A stretch of 64,000 nt of DNA, from NCBI GenBank assembly GCA_025353765.1, contig JANXOD010000041.1:23502-87501 (forward strand), read 5' to 3'. The position numbers were made by a program, and so were the translations under genes. Source of the DNA: Sphingobacteriales bacterium (GTDB lineage Bacteria > Bacteroidota > Bacteroidia > Sphingobacteriales > Sphingobacteriaceae). This document shows, piece after piece, positions 9,669-19,337 of this stretch. How positions within the stretch are numbered: position 1 is the stretch's first letter; each line of letters starts with the position of its first letter. The notes under the pieces are model-generated. The model worked only from the letters and a program-made list of their open reading frames with translations, had not been told where the DNA came from and did not search any database.

Positions 9669-10826
9669 TTATTCAAAATACTCTTTCATCTTATCGAAAA
9701 AGCTTTTCTCATTTTTACCGGGCTGTGGTTTAAAGTTTGGAGAGTTTTGTAGTTTCTCTAAGATATCCCGTTCCTCTTGTGAGAGGGCTTTTGGTGTCCA
9801 GATATTGACATAAATTAATTGATCACCGCGATGATATGAATTTACTTCAGGCACACCTTTCGCTTTTAAGCGTAATATTTTACCACCTTGTGTACCGGGA
9901 TCAATTTTAATTTTAGCTTTTCCGTCAATAGTTGGAACTTCTACACTTGCACCAATCACTGCATCAATAAAACTGATGTGCAGATCGTAAATAATATTAT
10001 TCCCTTCACGCTTTAATGTTTCATGCGGAAGTTCTTCAATCAGAATGATTAAATCTCCGGGAACACCGCCACGAGGAGCTGCATTACCCTTGCCGCTCAT
10101 AGAAAGCTGCATTCCTTCGCTTACGCCGGCAGGAATATTTATGGTAATAGTTTCTTCGCCACGTACTAAACCTTCGCCGTGGCAAACGGTGCATTTTGCA
10201 GTAATTTCTGTTCCTTCGCCATTACAGGTAGGGCAGGTGCTGGTAGTTTGCATCTGACCTAAAATGGTATTGGTTACTCGGCGCACCGCACCGCTACCAT
10301 CACAGGTATTACAGGTGTGAACAGATGATTTATCTTTTGCTCCGGTACCGTCACAGGTATCACAACTTACTTGTTTGTTTACCTTAATTTTCTTCTCTGC
10401 ACCTTTGGCAATTTCTTCAAGTGTGAGTTTTACTTTAATGCGAAGATTACTGCCGCGTGCTACCCGTCGGCCACCATGTTGCTGATTCCCACCAAAAAAA
10501 CTGTCAAATGGACTGCCACCACCGCCACCAAAAATATCTCCAAACTGGCTGAAAATATCTTCCATGTTCATGTGTCCTTGTCCGCCGCCATTTGCACTAC
10601 CCGCATTTGCTGCATGGCCGTATTGATCATAACGCTGTTTTTTTTCTGCATTACTCAATACTTCATACGCTTCAGCAGCTTCTTTAAAGTTTTCTTCTGC
10701 CTGGTGGTCTCCAGGATTTTTGTCTGGATGATATTTTATAGCCATTTTGCGATAAGCCTTTTTAATCTCATCTGCATTTGAACTACGTGTTACACCCAGT
10801 ATATCGTAATAATCTTTTTTCGCCAT
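9669..10826 (-). CDS. dnaJ: molecular chaperone DnaJ
   Basis: J-domain HPD motif (YHPDKN), G/F-rich linker and four CxxCxGxG repeats ([32 protein letters not shown]). Confidence 0.97.
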   Translation of the reverse strand: MAKKDYYDILGVTRSSNADEIKKAYRKMAIKYHPDKNPGDHQAEENFKEAAEAYEVLSNAEKKQRYDQYGHAANAGSANGGGQGHMNMEDIFSQFGDIFGGGGGSPFDSFFGGNQQHGGRRVARGSNLRIKVKLTLEEIAKGAEKKIKVNKQVSCDTCDGTGAKDKSSVHTCNTCDGSGAVRRVTNTILGQMQTTSTCPTCNGEGTEITAKCTVCHGEGLVRGEETITINIPAGVSEGMQLSMSGKGNAAPRGGVPGDLIILIEELPHETLKREGNNIIYDLHISFIDAVIGASVEVPTIDGKAKIKIDPGTQGGKILRLKAKGVPEVNSYHRGDQLIYVNIWTPKALSQEERDILEKLQNSPNFKPQPGKNEKSFFDKMKEYFE

Positions 10827-10843
10827 CTTATTTTAAAAAAATC

Positions 10844-10975
10844 AATGAATGAATAAATAAATGAGAGAATGAGGAGAGGTTTTAAAATGAGATAAAAATT
10901 AATTTTTCATCCTTCCATTCTCTACCTTTTACTCATTTATCATTCCTTCCGTCCTTCATTCATTTATTCATTCCT
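10844..10975. repeat. compound imperfect inverted repeat in the grpE-dnaJ spacer
   Basis: Nested pairings are 10847-10858 with 10962-10973 (12 bp perfect), aaatgag with ctcattt, and agaatg..agg with cct..cattct. The apex is the palindrome aaaaattaattttt. Confidence 0.6.
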
Positions 10976-10977
10976 TT

Positions 10978-11616
10978 TTATGCTCCTATAATTACTTTTG
11001 CAAAGCGGATCACTTTATCATTTAAAGAATATCCTTTTTCCAATTCATCTACAATTTTTCCTTTTAAATCATCCGAAGAAGCGGGGATGCTGGTAATTCC
11101 TTCGTGAAGATCCGCATCAAATGGAGCTCCTTTAGAGTCCATTTCTTTTAATCCTTTTTGCAGTAAGGTATTTCTAAGTTTATGATATACCAGATTCACC
11201 CCCTCTTTAACTGCGTTAATATCTGTAGCAGTTTCCATGGATTTTAAAGCACGTTCAAAATCATCTAAAACAGGCAACATATCAACAATTACATCCTTGC
11301 CGGCAGTTTGCAAAAGCTCAATCCGTTCTTTACTGGTTCGGCGTTTGAAATTATCGAATTCTGCGTATAGTCGGGTATACTTATCGTTCCAATGGGCTAC
11401 TTCTGCTTTTAATTTTTCTTCTACAGGTAATTCCGTATCATTTGTTGTCTCAGCTTCCGTCAAATCATCTTTATCATTTTGGCGGGCTTCATTCACAAAC
11501 TCAATTTCTTCTGAAATCTCTTTTTGATCTTGATTCTCTTCTGGTTTCATCTTCTTCTTTTTATTCAATATGTCTGAAAAGTTCATGTATAGCGGGAATT
11601 GCAAATTTTTTGCCAA
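10978..11616 (-). CDS. grpE: nucleotide exchange factor GrpE
   Basis: Acidic N-terminus, coiled-coil region and a GrpE C-terminal beta domain. Lies immediately upstream of dnaJ. The true start is probably ATG 11586 or 11550. Confidence 0.92.
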   Translation of the reverse strand: MAKNLQFPLYMNFSDILNKKKKMKPEENQDQKEISEEIEFVNEARQNDKDDLTEAETTNDTELPVEEKLKAEVAHWNDKYTRLYAEFDNFKRRTSKERIELLQTAGKDVIVDMLPVLDDFERALKSMETATDINAVKEGVNLVYHKLRNTLLQKGLKEMDSKGAPFDADLHEGITSIPASSDDLKGKIVDELEKGYSLNDKVIRFAKVIIGA

Positions 11617-11716
11617 TAAAAAAAGCAGCCAAGCTGTCAGTATACTATATCAGATTTCGGCTACTTAAAAACGACCTTCAACAGGTTTAAAAAAGAATAA
11701 GTGAAAAATGGACCTA

Positions 11717-12178
11717 TTATGGAGCTGGTTTTCTTTCCGGATATTTTTCAAGCTCTTGTTTTAGCTCAGCAGCTATTTTTATAAGCTCATTATTATCAGC
11801 CAAACAGTCAACAAAATAAACTTTGTCGTTGGTTGCGGATTTAGGCCTGGATTCAAGATTAAATTTTATTCTGAATTCCTTATGGCTATTATTAAATGAA
11901 TTAAGTAGCTCAAAAGATAAATTTGGCTCAGTAAATCGGAGTTCCTTGTACTCAGGTTTTTTATTTTGAGATAAGTTCTGAAACCAATCGATCAATTCCT
12001 GAAATTCCCCTGTCGTTAAAGAAGGATCAACAACCTGCCAATTTCCCACTTTACTTTTTACATTCAAATAAATATTTAACCAGTTACTATTCTCAAAATC
12101 ACTCTTTATATTGGTTGAAAATTGATAGTTAGCAATTTTAACTTCTACTGTTTGGTTATCTACACCTTGAAAAGTCAT
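11717..12178 (-). CDS. hypothetical protein, possibly a WapI-like immunity protein
   Basis: YQFS...NSNWLNIYLNV...WQVVDPSLTTGEFQELIDWFQNL resembles the WapI immunity family pattern as I recall it. No signal peptide. Confidence 0.4.
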   Translation of the reverse strand: MTFQGVDNQTVEVKIANYQFSTNIKSDFENSNWLNIYLNVKSKVGNWQVVDPSLTTGEFQELIDWFQNLSQNKKPEYKELRFTEPNLSFELLNSFNNSHKEFRIKFNLESRPKSATNDKVYFVDCLADNNELIKIAAELKQELEKYPERKPAP

Positions 12179-12195
12179 CTTATGCTTGCAGCTGA

Positions 12196-12879
12196 TTAAC
12201 CAATGGTCGCATCTTCATGAACTATCCCATCTTCACATTTAATAATACGTGAAGGGAAAGTACGAATGATATGATAATCATGAGATGCCATCAATACCGC
12301 TGTACCAGACTGACTAATTTGGCGTAACAACATTACAATTTCTTCGGATGTATTTGGATCGAGGTTTCCTGTTGGTTCATCTGCCAAAATTAGTTCAGGA
12401 TCATTTAATAAAGCACGTGCAATAACTACCCGCTGCTGTTCACCTCCGGAGAGTTCATGAGGCATTTTTTTTATTTTTGATCTCAAACCTACCTTTTCCA
12501 AGACATCTAGTATTCGCTCTGAAATCAATTTTTTGTCTTTCCAACCAGTAGCCTTCAGCACAAAATGTAGGTTTTGTTCAACGGTACGGTCTGTTAGTAA
12601 TTGAAAATCCTGAAAAACAATACCCAATTTTCGGCGTAAAAACGGGATGTTTTTCCCTACCAGTTTTTTCAAATCAAATCCTGCCACATAGCCTTCACCG
12701 TTTGTAATATGCAGGTCGCCATATATGATTTTTAATAAACTGCTTTTCCCTGAACCTGTTTGCCCAATAAGAAAAACAAATTCACCTTTATCAATATGTA
12801 GATTTACATTGGTAAGCACTAACTGCTTTTGTTGATATACATCAACGCCTTGTAATTTTATAACAGAGTTATCAATCAT
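12196..12879 (-). CDS. ftsE: cell division ATP-binding protein FtsE
   Basis: Walker [10 protein letters not shown], signature LSGGEQQR, Walker B LILADEPT. Size and sequence are typical of FtsE. Confidence 0.85.
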   Translation of the reverse strand: MIDNSVIKLQGVDVYQQKQLVLTNVNLHIDKGEFVFLIGQTGSGKSSLLKIIYGDLHITNGEGYVAGFDLKKLVGKNIPFLRRKLGIVFQDFQLLTDRTVEQNLHFVLKATGWKDKKLISERILDVLEKVGLRSKIKKMPHELSGGEQQRVVIARALLNDPELILADEPTGNLDPNTSEEIVMLLRQISQSGTAVLMASHDYHIIRTFPSRIIKCEDGIVHEDATIG

Positions 12880-12880
12880 T

Positions 12881-13093
12881 TCAGATGTCTAATTTTAGGA
12901 TTTGCCCAAATGGCATATCTTTAATTTTATTCATAATGTATTCACTTTTATCAGCTAAACCCGCCTTATCTAAGGCTTTTTCTGGCCTGTTTGCCCGAAA
13001 ATAAGCAAGAAGAGTGAACTTTTCGTCACGTAGTTGAACGTAATCCGGAATTTTTGCGACTCCTTTTACTTTGATGAGATACATGGTGCTCAA
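12881..13093 (-). CDS. small hypothetical protein
   Basis: 70-aa ORF ending 1 nt before the ftsE start, so probably co-translated with it. Confidence 0.45.
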   Translation of the reverse strand: MSTMYLIKVKGVAKIPDYVQLRDEKFTLLAYFRANRPEKALDKAGLADKSEYIMNKIKDMPFGQILKLDI

Positions 13094-13291
13094 AGTTATA
13101 ATATTTTGATGTACGATTTATTGTTTTGCTATGGGATTATTATAATAATCATTGGTTTTAAACTAATTTCAATTAATCAGGGATGTGGTTAACTAATTAA
13201 TTCTCTGTAGAAATGACTCCCCCTGCTTTGCTAAAGCACTTATCTAATTTATTATACGAATTCCTCTTATTCAATTTTTAAAATTTTGCCT

Positions 13292-13324
13292 AAAACGAAA
13301 GACTCTTGCTGCTGCAAGAGTCTT
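13292..13324 (-). terminator. rho-independent terminator
   Basis: Stem aagactcttgc pairs with gcaagagtctt (11 bp, 4-nt loop), with a T-rich tail on the minus strand. Confidence 0.7.
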
Positions 13325-13368
13325 GAAATAGACACACAGGAAGAGTAGAGTAAAGTTGGAATAGCTAC

Positions 13369-15282
13369 TTACTTCTTAATAAATTTGATTTGTTCATTGT
13401 TAACTGTTACCATGTAAACGCCCGCAGGCCAACGCGATACATCTATTTGTTCTAATGCTTCTCCATGGTACATCACTTGGCCCATAACACTAATAATACT
13501 AATTTTAGCCCCTGATTTTACATTACTAAGTGTAATTAAATTTGTAGCAGGATTAGGATATACACTTGCCATTGGACTAGGACCTTTATCTGACAGATTA
13601 CGGCCTATTCTTTTTTTACCAGAGCCACTTGTTGGATCTGGTGTAGGGACTTTCTCATTGACATTGAGCAAAGCAACACATTGAAGATCATGATCTGATA
13701 ATTGATTTAAATCATTTGAATAAGGCTGATTTATATAAGAGGTATAATTAGTAAAAGTAGCACCTATGTAGCAGCTATTATTGCTATCTGAAGCTAAACG
13801 GCATGTATTTACAAAAAGTGGATAATGAAATATACTGAAATATTTATGCCATGAAAATGCCCCATCTTTATCATATGCAACTAGATAATTAAATTGTTGA
13901 TTTGGACCAATCTTATTAAATGATTGAAAATCAAAGGTTGCATTTTCGCCATTGGCTCCTGCTATGTAAAGGTGGGGGTTCTTATTATCTATATCTATTG
14001 AAAGAGCATCATCATATATTATTCCACCTACAATTTTAGCCCATTGTACAGTTCCTGATTCGTCATATTTTGCAAGAAATGACTTAGCATCGTCATTCGG
14101 TATAACTGTAATGCCATCAAAATTAACAGGGCCAGCTATTGATTCTTTATCTGCAATAGGCAAACCATCATTGCCAATTGTACCACTTACATAGGCATTC
14201 CCATTTATATCTATTGCAATTGAATTTGGGAAAACACCGGTTTTTTCTGAATTTACATTTTTAATTTGTTGTACCCACTCAAAATTGCCTTTTGTGTCAT
14301 ATTTAGCTACATAACCGTCAAATTTTCCTGTACTTTGTAATATAGTTCCTGCAATGCCTACGTCATCAATATAGAATGCAGCTCCAAAATATGCAACTTT
14401 TTTAAAATAACCTGTAAGATAACAATCACCTGAAGGACTGACCGAAACTTTACTATCTGAACCGTGAAATGCATTTTGTTTATCTCCGCATTGATGTACC
14501 CATTCTATAAGCCCCAAAGCATTAAACTTTGCTATGTATGTACCTCCTTGACTATAGATACCATCATTTATTACAATACTACCAGCACCTCCATAAAATC
14601 CCCCAAAAAAGGTAGCGGTCTCCGGAAAGTTTCCGCTAACATAAGCATTACCGGCATTATCTATAGCTAACCCACCTATATGGCAGGATTCGGCCTTTGT
14701 AGATGCAACATTTCGCAAATAAAGACAATTTCCATTCGGATCAAATTTCACAATAAAGTTTGATATTGGACCCAAGCCTATTAGACTAGGGCCACCAACT
14801 ATAGATAGAATGCCATCATCATATAACTCTCCTACAACATAAGAATTACCTTCCTTATCCACTACTATATTTTTAACATTCACAGGCGTATTGCTAGTTC
14901 CCTGTGCCACCCATTTTATATCCCCTTTTGTGCTCATAGGGCCGTATTTAGCCACATAAAAAGAAGCTGTTTCTGAAGATAATATCTTGCCACTTAAATT
15001 AATTTCGCCTGCTTTCCAGTCGCCTGTAGTATAATGATTACCAGTACCCATAGGGCTATTGTCTGCTGCAATATCTTTACATGTTAAATGTGTATCACCT
15101 CCCCCATCTTTTTCGGCATAGAGCCATGTTTGTGCCTGCAGGTTATTTAGGCCGGCAATGCACATGCTAAAAATAAATACTAAATAAAACTTAATGTTTC
15201 TTGTTAGTCTGGCCTGTCTTCCCAATCGTTTGTGTAAGGTGCAATGATGTTGTGAGTTTTGTATAATTTGAATTATAGTCAT
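13369..15282 (-). CDS. T9SS-secreted beta-propeller repeat protein (type A CTD)
   Basis: Repeated GNAYVSG/GNSYVVG SBBP-like blocks. The C-terminal VYPNPATNLITL...GVYMVTV...IKFIKK is a Por secretion tail. Confidence 0.75.
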   Translation of the reverse strand: MTIIQIIQNSQHHCTLHKRLGRQARLTRNIKFYLVFIFSMCIAGLNNLQAQTWLYAEKDGGGDTHLTCKDIAADNSPMGTGNHYTTGDWKAGEINLSGKILSSETASFYVAKYGPMSTKGDIKWVAQGTSNTPVNVKNIVVDKEGNSYVVGELYDDGILSIVGGPSLIGLGPISNFIVKFDPNGNCLYLRNVASTKAESCHIGGLAIDNAGNAYVSGNFPETATFFGGFYGGAGSIVINDGIYSQGGTYIAKFNALGLIEWVHQCGDKQNAFHGSDSKVSVSPSGDCYLTGYFKKVAYFGAAFYIDDVGIAGTILQSTGKFDGYVAKYDTKGNFEWVQQIKNVNSEKTGVFPNSIAIDINGNAYVSGTIGNDGLPIADKESIAGPVNFDGITVIPNDDAKSFLAKYDESGTVQWAKIVGGIIYDDALSIDIDNKNPHLYIAGANGENATFDFQSFNKIGPNQQFNYLVAYDKDGAFSWHKYFSIFHYPLFVNTCRLASDSNNSCYIGATFTNYTSYINQPYSNDLNQLSDHDLQCVALLNVNEKVPTPDPTSGSGKKRIGRNLSDKGPSPMASVYPNPATNLITLSNVKSGAKISIISVMGQVMYHGEALEQIDVSRWPAGVYMVTVNNEQIKFIKK

Positions 15283-15464
15283 ACTTTAATTAAATATATT
15301 TTTCTTAAAATTAAATAAAATATATAGTAATATTGAATTTTAACTTAATTATATCAATATTGTTGCAAAATAATGGAAATCATCTTATTTTTACTATCCT
15401 AGTAAGGACTCTCTAGCTTTCTTCAAAAGCGAATAACCAACGAATTTGGGTTTTTAGCAATACT

Positions 15465-16505
15465 CTACAAAAATTTCATCGTGTTTACTCCATCAGCATA
15501 ATCCCATAATTGGGGTTGTTGAGTTTGACCAAAATTAACTACATCTATATCAGGTAAAAACTTATTGGATACCACACATTGAATTTGATCTGATTTTTCA
15601 AGCAAACTTTTACTAAGAGATATTAGATCTGAATATTCCTCATAATATAAAACTGCAAGGGGAGAAGCTAAACGGTCATCCTTTTTTAGGAGTAGAAAGC
15701 CATTATCCAGATGTTTATCCAGGTTCACCAGGAAAATAGATTTATTATAATCATAATTGTTATTGTATTTATGGTGATCTATGATCCCTTTAAATTCTTC
15801 AACAGCTTCAAAAAATAAATTGAAATTATAATCTATCGGAACATATAGTTTAGATACATTCCTACACCCTAAGCCATAATAATCAAATATATCATGACCT
15901 AAAGCTTTTAGCTGTTGGATCGTTTCATTTCCGGTTAATACCGCTACACTATTCCGGTTTTTGCGAATAATATGTGGAACACGATTAAAATAATATTCAA
16001 AATATCGGGAAGTATTATTGCTTCCGGTAGCAATAACGGCATCAAAATCCCTCAATCGGTCTATATATTGAATTTGACGGTCAAAGCCGGGCTCTATTTC
16101 AACCAGTTTTTTTAATATATATGGAATTAACTGTTGATCTTGGGATGAGAGTTTAATTAAGGCAATATGGCCAGATGCTAAAACGCAAAGAATATCATGA
16201 AAGCCAACCAAAGGAATATTTCCCGCAAGGATGAGTCCTACTTTAAGTTGTGGGTTGAGAGTTGTGGGTTGAGAGTTTTTATCCTCCATCCATCTTTCCA
16301 AATCTTCTCGATTAAGCATTTTGCTAATGGATGCTATAGCTTTAGCTGTGCTTTCTGGCGTAAACCAGGCATTATATTGTTTTGCATTTTGTATGAGATC
16401 TCTCAATTGCTCATCCGGATTTTGCAGGAATTCACCTAGTTTGGCAAATACATCTATTCGTTTTTTGGGTGTCAAAATTGTATTCATCAAACTAAATAAA
16501 TTCAA
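15465..16505 (-). CDS. acyl-CoA reductase (LuxC-like)
   Basis: The conserved block ILAGNIPLVGFHD and the overall size match the Bacteroidota LuxC-like family. Confidence 0.6.
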   Translation of the reverse strand: MNLFSLMNTILTPKKRIDVFAKLGEFLQNPDEQLRDLIQNAKQYNAWFTPESTAKAIASISKMLNREDLERWMEDKNSQPTTLNPQLKVGLILAGNIPLVGFHDILCVLASGHIALIKLSSQDQQLIPYILKKLVEIEPGFDRQIQYIDRLRDFDAVIATGSNNTSRYFEYYFNRVPHIIRKNRNSVAVLTGNETIQQLKALGHDIFDYYGLGCRNVSKLYVPIDYNFNLFFEAVEEFKGIIDHHKYNNNYDYNKSIFLVNLDKHLDNGFLLLKKDDRLASPLAVLYYEEYSDLISLSKSLLEKSDQIQCVVSNKFLPDIDVVNFGQTQQPQLWDYADGVNTMKFL

Positions 16506-16591
16506 ATAATGTTATATTTGTAGCGTTTTAATAGTATTGCAAATATAATCGCGGTACAAAATTAAATTACAAATATACTTTTTAACAGAAC

Positions 16592-16945
16592 ATGGCAATT
16601 AAAATCACCGATGAGTGTATAAACTGTGGAGCTTGTGAGCCTGAATGCCCAAATAATGCGATATATGATGCAGGAGCAGCCTGGAGGTTTTCTGACGGAA
16701 CGAGTTTAAGAGGCATTATCGATTTTGGTGACGGAACCACCCTGAATGCAGAAGAAACAAGACCAGCTATATCAGACGAGGTTTATTATATCGTTTCTGA
16801 TAAATGTACAGAATGTGTGGGTTTTCATGATGAGCCTCAATGCGCTGCGGTTTGCCCGGTTGATTGCTGCGTGGATAATGAAGACGTACGAGAAACCCGG
16901 GAAGAATTGCTGGCTAAAAAGGCGTGGTTGCATATGGAAGGGTAA
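16592..16945 (+). CDS. 4Fe-4S ferredoxin
   Basis: Cluster motifs CINCGACEPECP and CTECVG...CAAVCP. Confidence 0.9.
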   Translation: MAIKITDECINCGACEPECPNNAIYDAGAAWRFSDGTSLRGIIDFGDGTTLNAEETRPAISDEVYYIVSDKCTECVGFHDEPQCAAVCPVDCCVDNEDVRETREELLAKKAWLHMEG

Positions 16946-16994
16946 AAATATCAACCTTCTCAAGAGTTTAAAATTTTGAAAAAGTTCGAATAGT

Positions 16995-17519
16995 TTAATT
17001 TGCCTCCTTATTCGGAATTATCAAAACAGGACATTTTGCTCTTCTGGTTACACTTTCTGATACGCTTCCTGATATAAAATGATCAAAACCTGTTCTTCCA
17101 TGGGTTCCCATGATGATCAAATCTGCTTTACATTCATCAGCTGTAGCTAAAATTTCATCTTTAGGGCGGCCTATTTTACTGTAAGTATATAGGATAATAT
17201 CCTCACCATATTGCTTCTGTATGCGGTCAAATAAATTTTTGCTGGCCTCCTCCTGTATTTGCATCATTTCCGGAATCATTACAGGCGATTCGTTTAACAA
17301 TGGATCAGCAATATAAGGCGTGGATACCGGGATTTCATTCACATGCACCAAAGCTATTTCTGCCTCAAATTTCCTTGCTAAAGCAAATCCGTAACTTACA
17401 GCCTGATCTGAATAGGGGCTATCTTCAACAGCTATCAAGATTTTATGAAGGTTATCAGGACTAAACATATTTGTATAACGTTTAAATGGTAATGTAGTTT
17501 TGACATCTAAATTAAGCAT
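16995..17519 (-). CDS. universal stress protein (UspA family)
   Basis: ILIAVEDS...GTHGRTGFDHFISGSVSESVTRRAKCPVLII. The true start is probably the internal MFSPDN. Confidence 0.8.
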   Translation of the reverse strand: MLNLDVKTTLPFKRYTNMFSPDNLHKILIAVEDSPYSDQAVSYGFALARKFEAEIALVHVNEIPVSTPYIADPLLNESPVMIPEMMQIQEEASKNLFDRIQKQYGEDIILYTYSKIGRPKDEILATADECKADLIIMGTHGRTGFDHFISGSVSESVTRRAKCPVLIIPNKEAN

Positions 17520-18351
17520 TAATTTAGATGGATTTTGCTCTAAATTTAGTTTATTTGCTGTTATGGATCAAAGATTTGGCATATGTAATTTATCGCTCAT
17601 TCCTTTAAGAGCTGAAGCATCAGACAAAAGTGAAATGACTTCACAATTACTATTTGGTGACCATTTTGAAATTCTGCAGCAAACTGAAAAATGGACCCGG
17701 ATCTATATGGCATATGATGAATATGAAGGGTGGATAGATCGTAAGCAATATGTGGCAATTAGCCCGAAAATGTTTGCAAACCTATTTGAAAATACACTCA
17801 TTAGCGGGCTAAATCTCCAAAATAAACTTCTTAATAGTTTAGAAAATAAGCCGGTAAATCTTGTGCCGGGCAGTAGTTTGCCTAATATGGAAGATCGCAT
17901 AGTGCAAATTAATGAGAACTGCTATGAACTGAATTTTGAACCGGTAAAACCAGAGATCAATAATTTTGAGGAGAAATTTGAGCACACAGCTTTATTTTAT
18001 CTTAATACGCCATATTTATGGGGAGGATGCTCACCTTTCGGAATAGATTGTTCAGGCTTTAGCCGGATAGTTTTTAAACAGTTTGGTATACGACTTAAAC
18101 GAGATGCTTGGCAACAAGCTTTACAAGGAGAAACAGTAGATTTTTTACAGGCAGTGGAGCCTGGAGATCTTGCATTTTTTGACAATGAGGAAGGAAGAAT
18201 AATTCATGTAGGTATTATTCTGAAGGACTCTCAAATTATCCATGCCTCTGGCAGAGTAAAAATTGATACACTGGATGACCAGGGTATTTATAGTGAAGAA
18301 TATAAAAAACATACACATAAGTTGAGGATAATTAAACGGATTAAAACCTAA
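17500..18351 (+). CDS. NlpC/P60 (C40) peptidase with N-terminal SH3-like region
   Basis: Catalytic Cys motif DCSGFSR and His in IHVGIIL. The likely start at ATG 17563 removes the overlap with the usp gene. Confidence 0.8.
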   Translation: MTSKLSINLDGFCSKFSLFAVMDQRFGICNLSLIPLRAEASDKSEMTSQLLFGDHFEILQQTEKWTRIYMAYDEYEGWIDRKQYVAISPKMFANLFENTLISGLNLQNKLLNSLENKPVNLVPGSSLPNMEDRIVQINENCYELNFEPVKPEINNFEEKFEHTALFYLNTPYLWGGCSPFGIDCSGFSRIVFKQFGIRLKRDAWQQALQGETVDFLQAVEPGDLAFFDNEEGRIIHVGIILKDSQIIHASGRVKIDTLDDQGIYSEEYKKHTHKLRIIKRIKT

Positions 18352-18352
18352 G

Positions 18353-19273
18353 TCAGTCATCATCAAAATTCACATCCCACACTTTTACTAATTTATCCTC
18401 ACTCACGGAAATTAAATGTTCATGAGTAGTTTCCCAGATAATTTTATTGATGGACAATCTGTGGCAGTCGTATCCTTTTTCGAAGCTGATTGTTTTCTTT
18501 AATTGGTAATCTTTCGATCCCCAAATTTTTATGCTTTTATCTCTGCTGGCTGTAGCAAAATAAGGCTTTTTGGGATGAAATGCAATTCCATAAATGGTAA
18601 ATAAATGTGCAGGAATGGTTTCAATAAGTGAAAAATCGGAGGTGTCCCAAATTTTTAGGTGCGCATCCCTACTTCCTGATAGCAGCTGTTTTCCATCGGT
18701 AGAAAACTCTAAAGCAGAAATGGGCATAGTATGCTCATTCAATTCATATAATAAGCTATAATCCTCTAAATTATATATCCTGATCATGTTATCCTTACAT
18801 CCAAAGGCAACCTGTTTTTCATCCGGACTGATACTGATCACACGTACAGATTGATTGGATACTTTAAAAGCATATAGCAGATCCAGCGTATGCATATTCC
18901 AAACAGATACACATCCATCTTCCGAAGAAACTAACAATTCATTTTTTGAGGATACGGATTTAATATCAAAAACAGGAAGTTTATGATGATGCAATAAGTT
19001 TGTGATTGTTTTCTCTTCAAAATTATAAATGTTTATACTGCCATTACGTTCTCCTGCGGCCAATATAGGTGCAGATTTTGGAGCGTGTAAAGCATAAACA
19101 GATGATTTTACAGGGAAAAGGACTTTAATAAATGAATTTGTTTTCAAGCTCCATTCTACCACACCTTTATCGTTACCGGCTGTAAAAATGATTTCTGGTT
19201 TTTGAGAATTCTCTACAGTGAAGATAGGGTTTTGATGGCCGGATAAGGTAGCTATGGTTTCAACTTGGATCAT
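18353..19273 (-). CDS. WD40 repeat protein
   Basis: About 7 repeats ending in W-D-like dipeptides (VEWS, VWNM, IWDT, IWGS, VWDV). Confidence 0.8.
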   Translation of the reverse strand: MIQVETIATLSGHQNPIFTVENSQKPEIIFTAGNDKGVVEWSLKTNSFIKVLFPVKSSVYALHAPKSAPILAAGERNGSINIYNFEEKTITNLLHHHKLPVFDIKSVSSKNELLVSSEDGCVSVWNMHTLDLLYAFKVSNQSVRVISISPDEKQVAFGCKDNMIRIYNLEDYSLLYELNEHTMPISALEFSTDGKQLLSGSRDAHLKIWDTSDFSLIETIPAHLFTIYGIAFHPKKPYFATASRDKSIKIWGSKDYQLKKTISFEKGYDCHRLSINKIIWETTHEHLISVSEDKLVKVWDVNFDDD

Positions 19274-19337
19274 AGAGGCTAATTATTTATCATCCTGTAA
19301 AGAACAAAAAATCTAAAAAATACTGTTTAAGCAAGCA

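Noticed and set aside
11617-11716. CIRCE/HrcA-type heat-shock operator upstream of grpE
   Set aside because: No TTAGCACTC-N9-GAGTGCTAA-like inverted repeat is present.
16247-16274. Perfect tandem 14-nt duplication (gttgtgggttgaga x2) inside the acyl-CoA reductase gene, a possible frameshift
   Set aside because: The reading frame stays open and both flanks translate into family-typical sequence (NREDLERW... and ...ILAGNIPLVGFHD). It is not a disrupting recent duplication.
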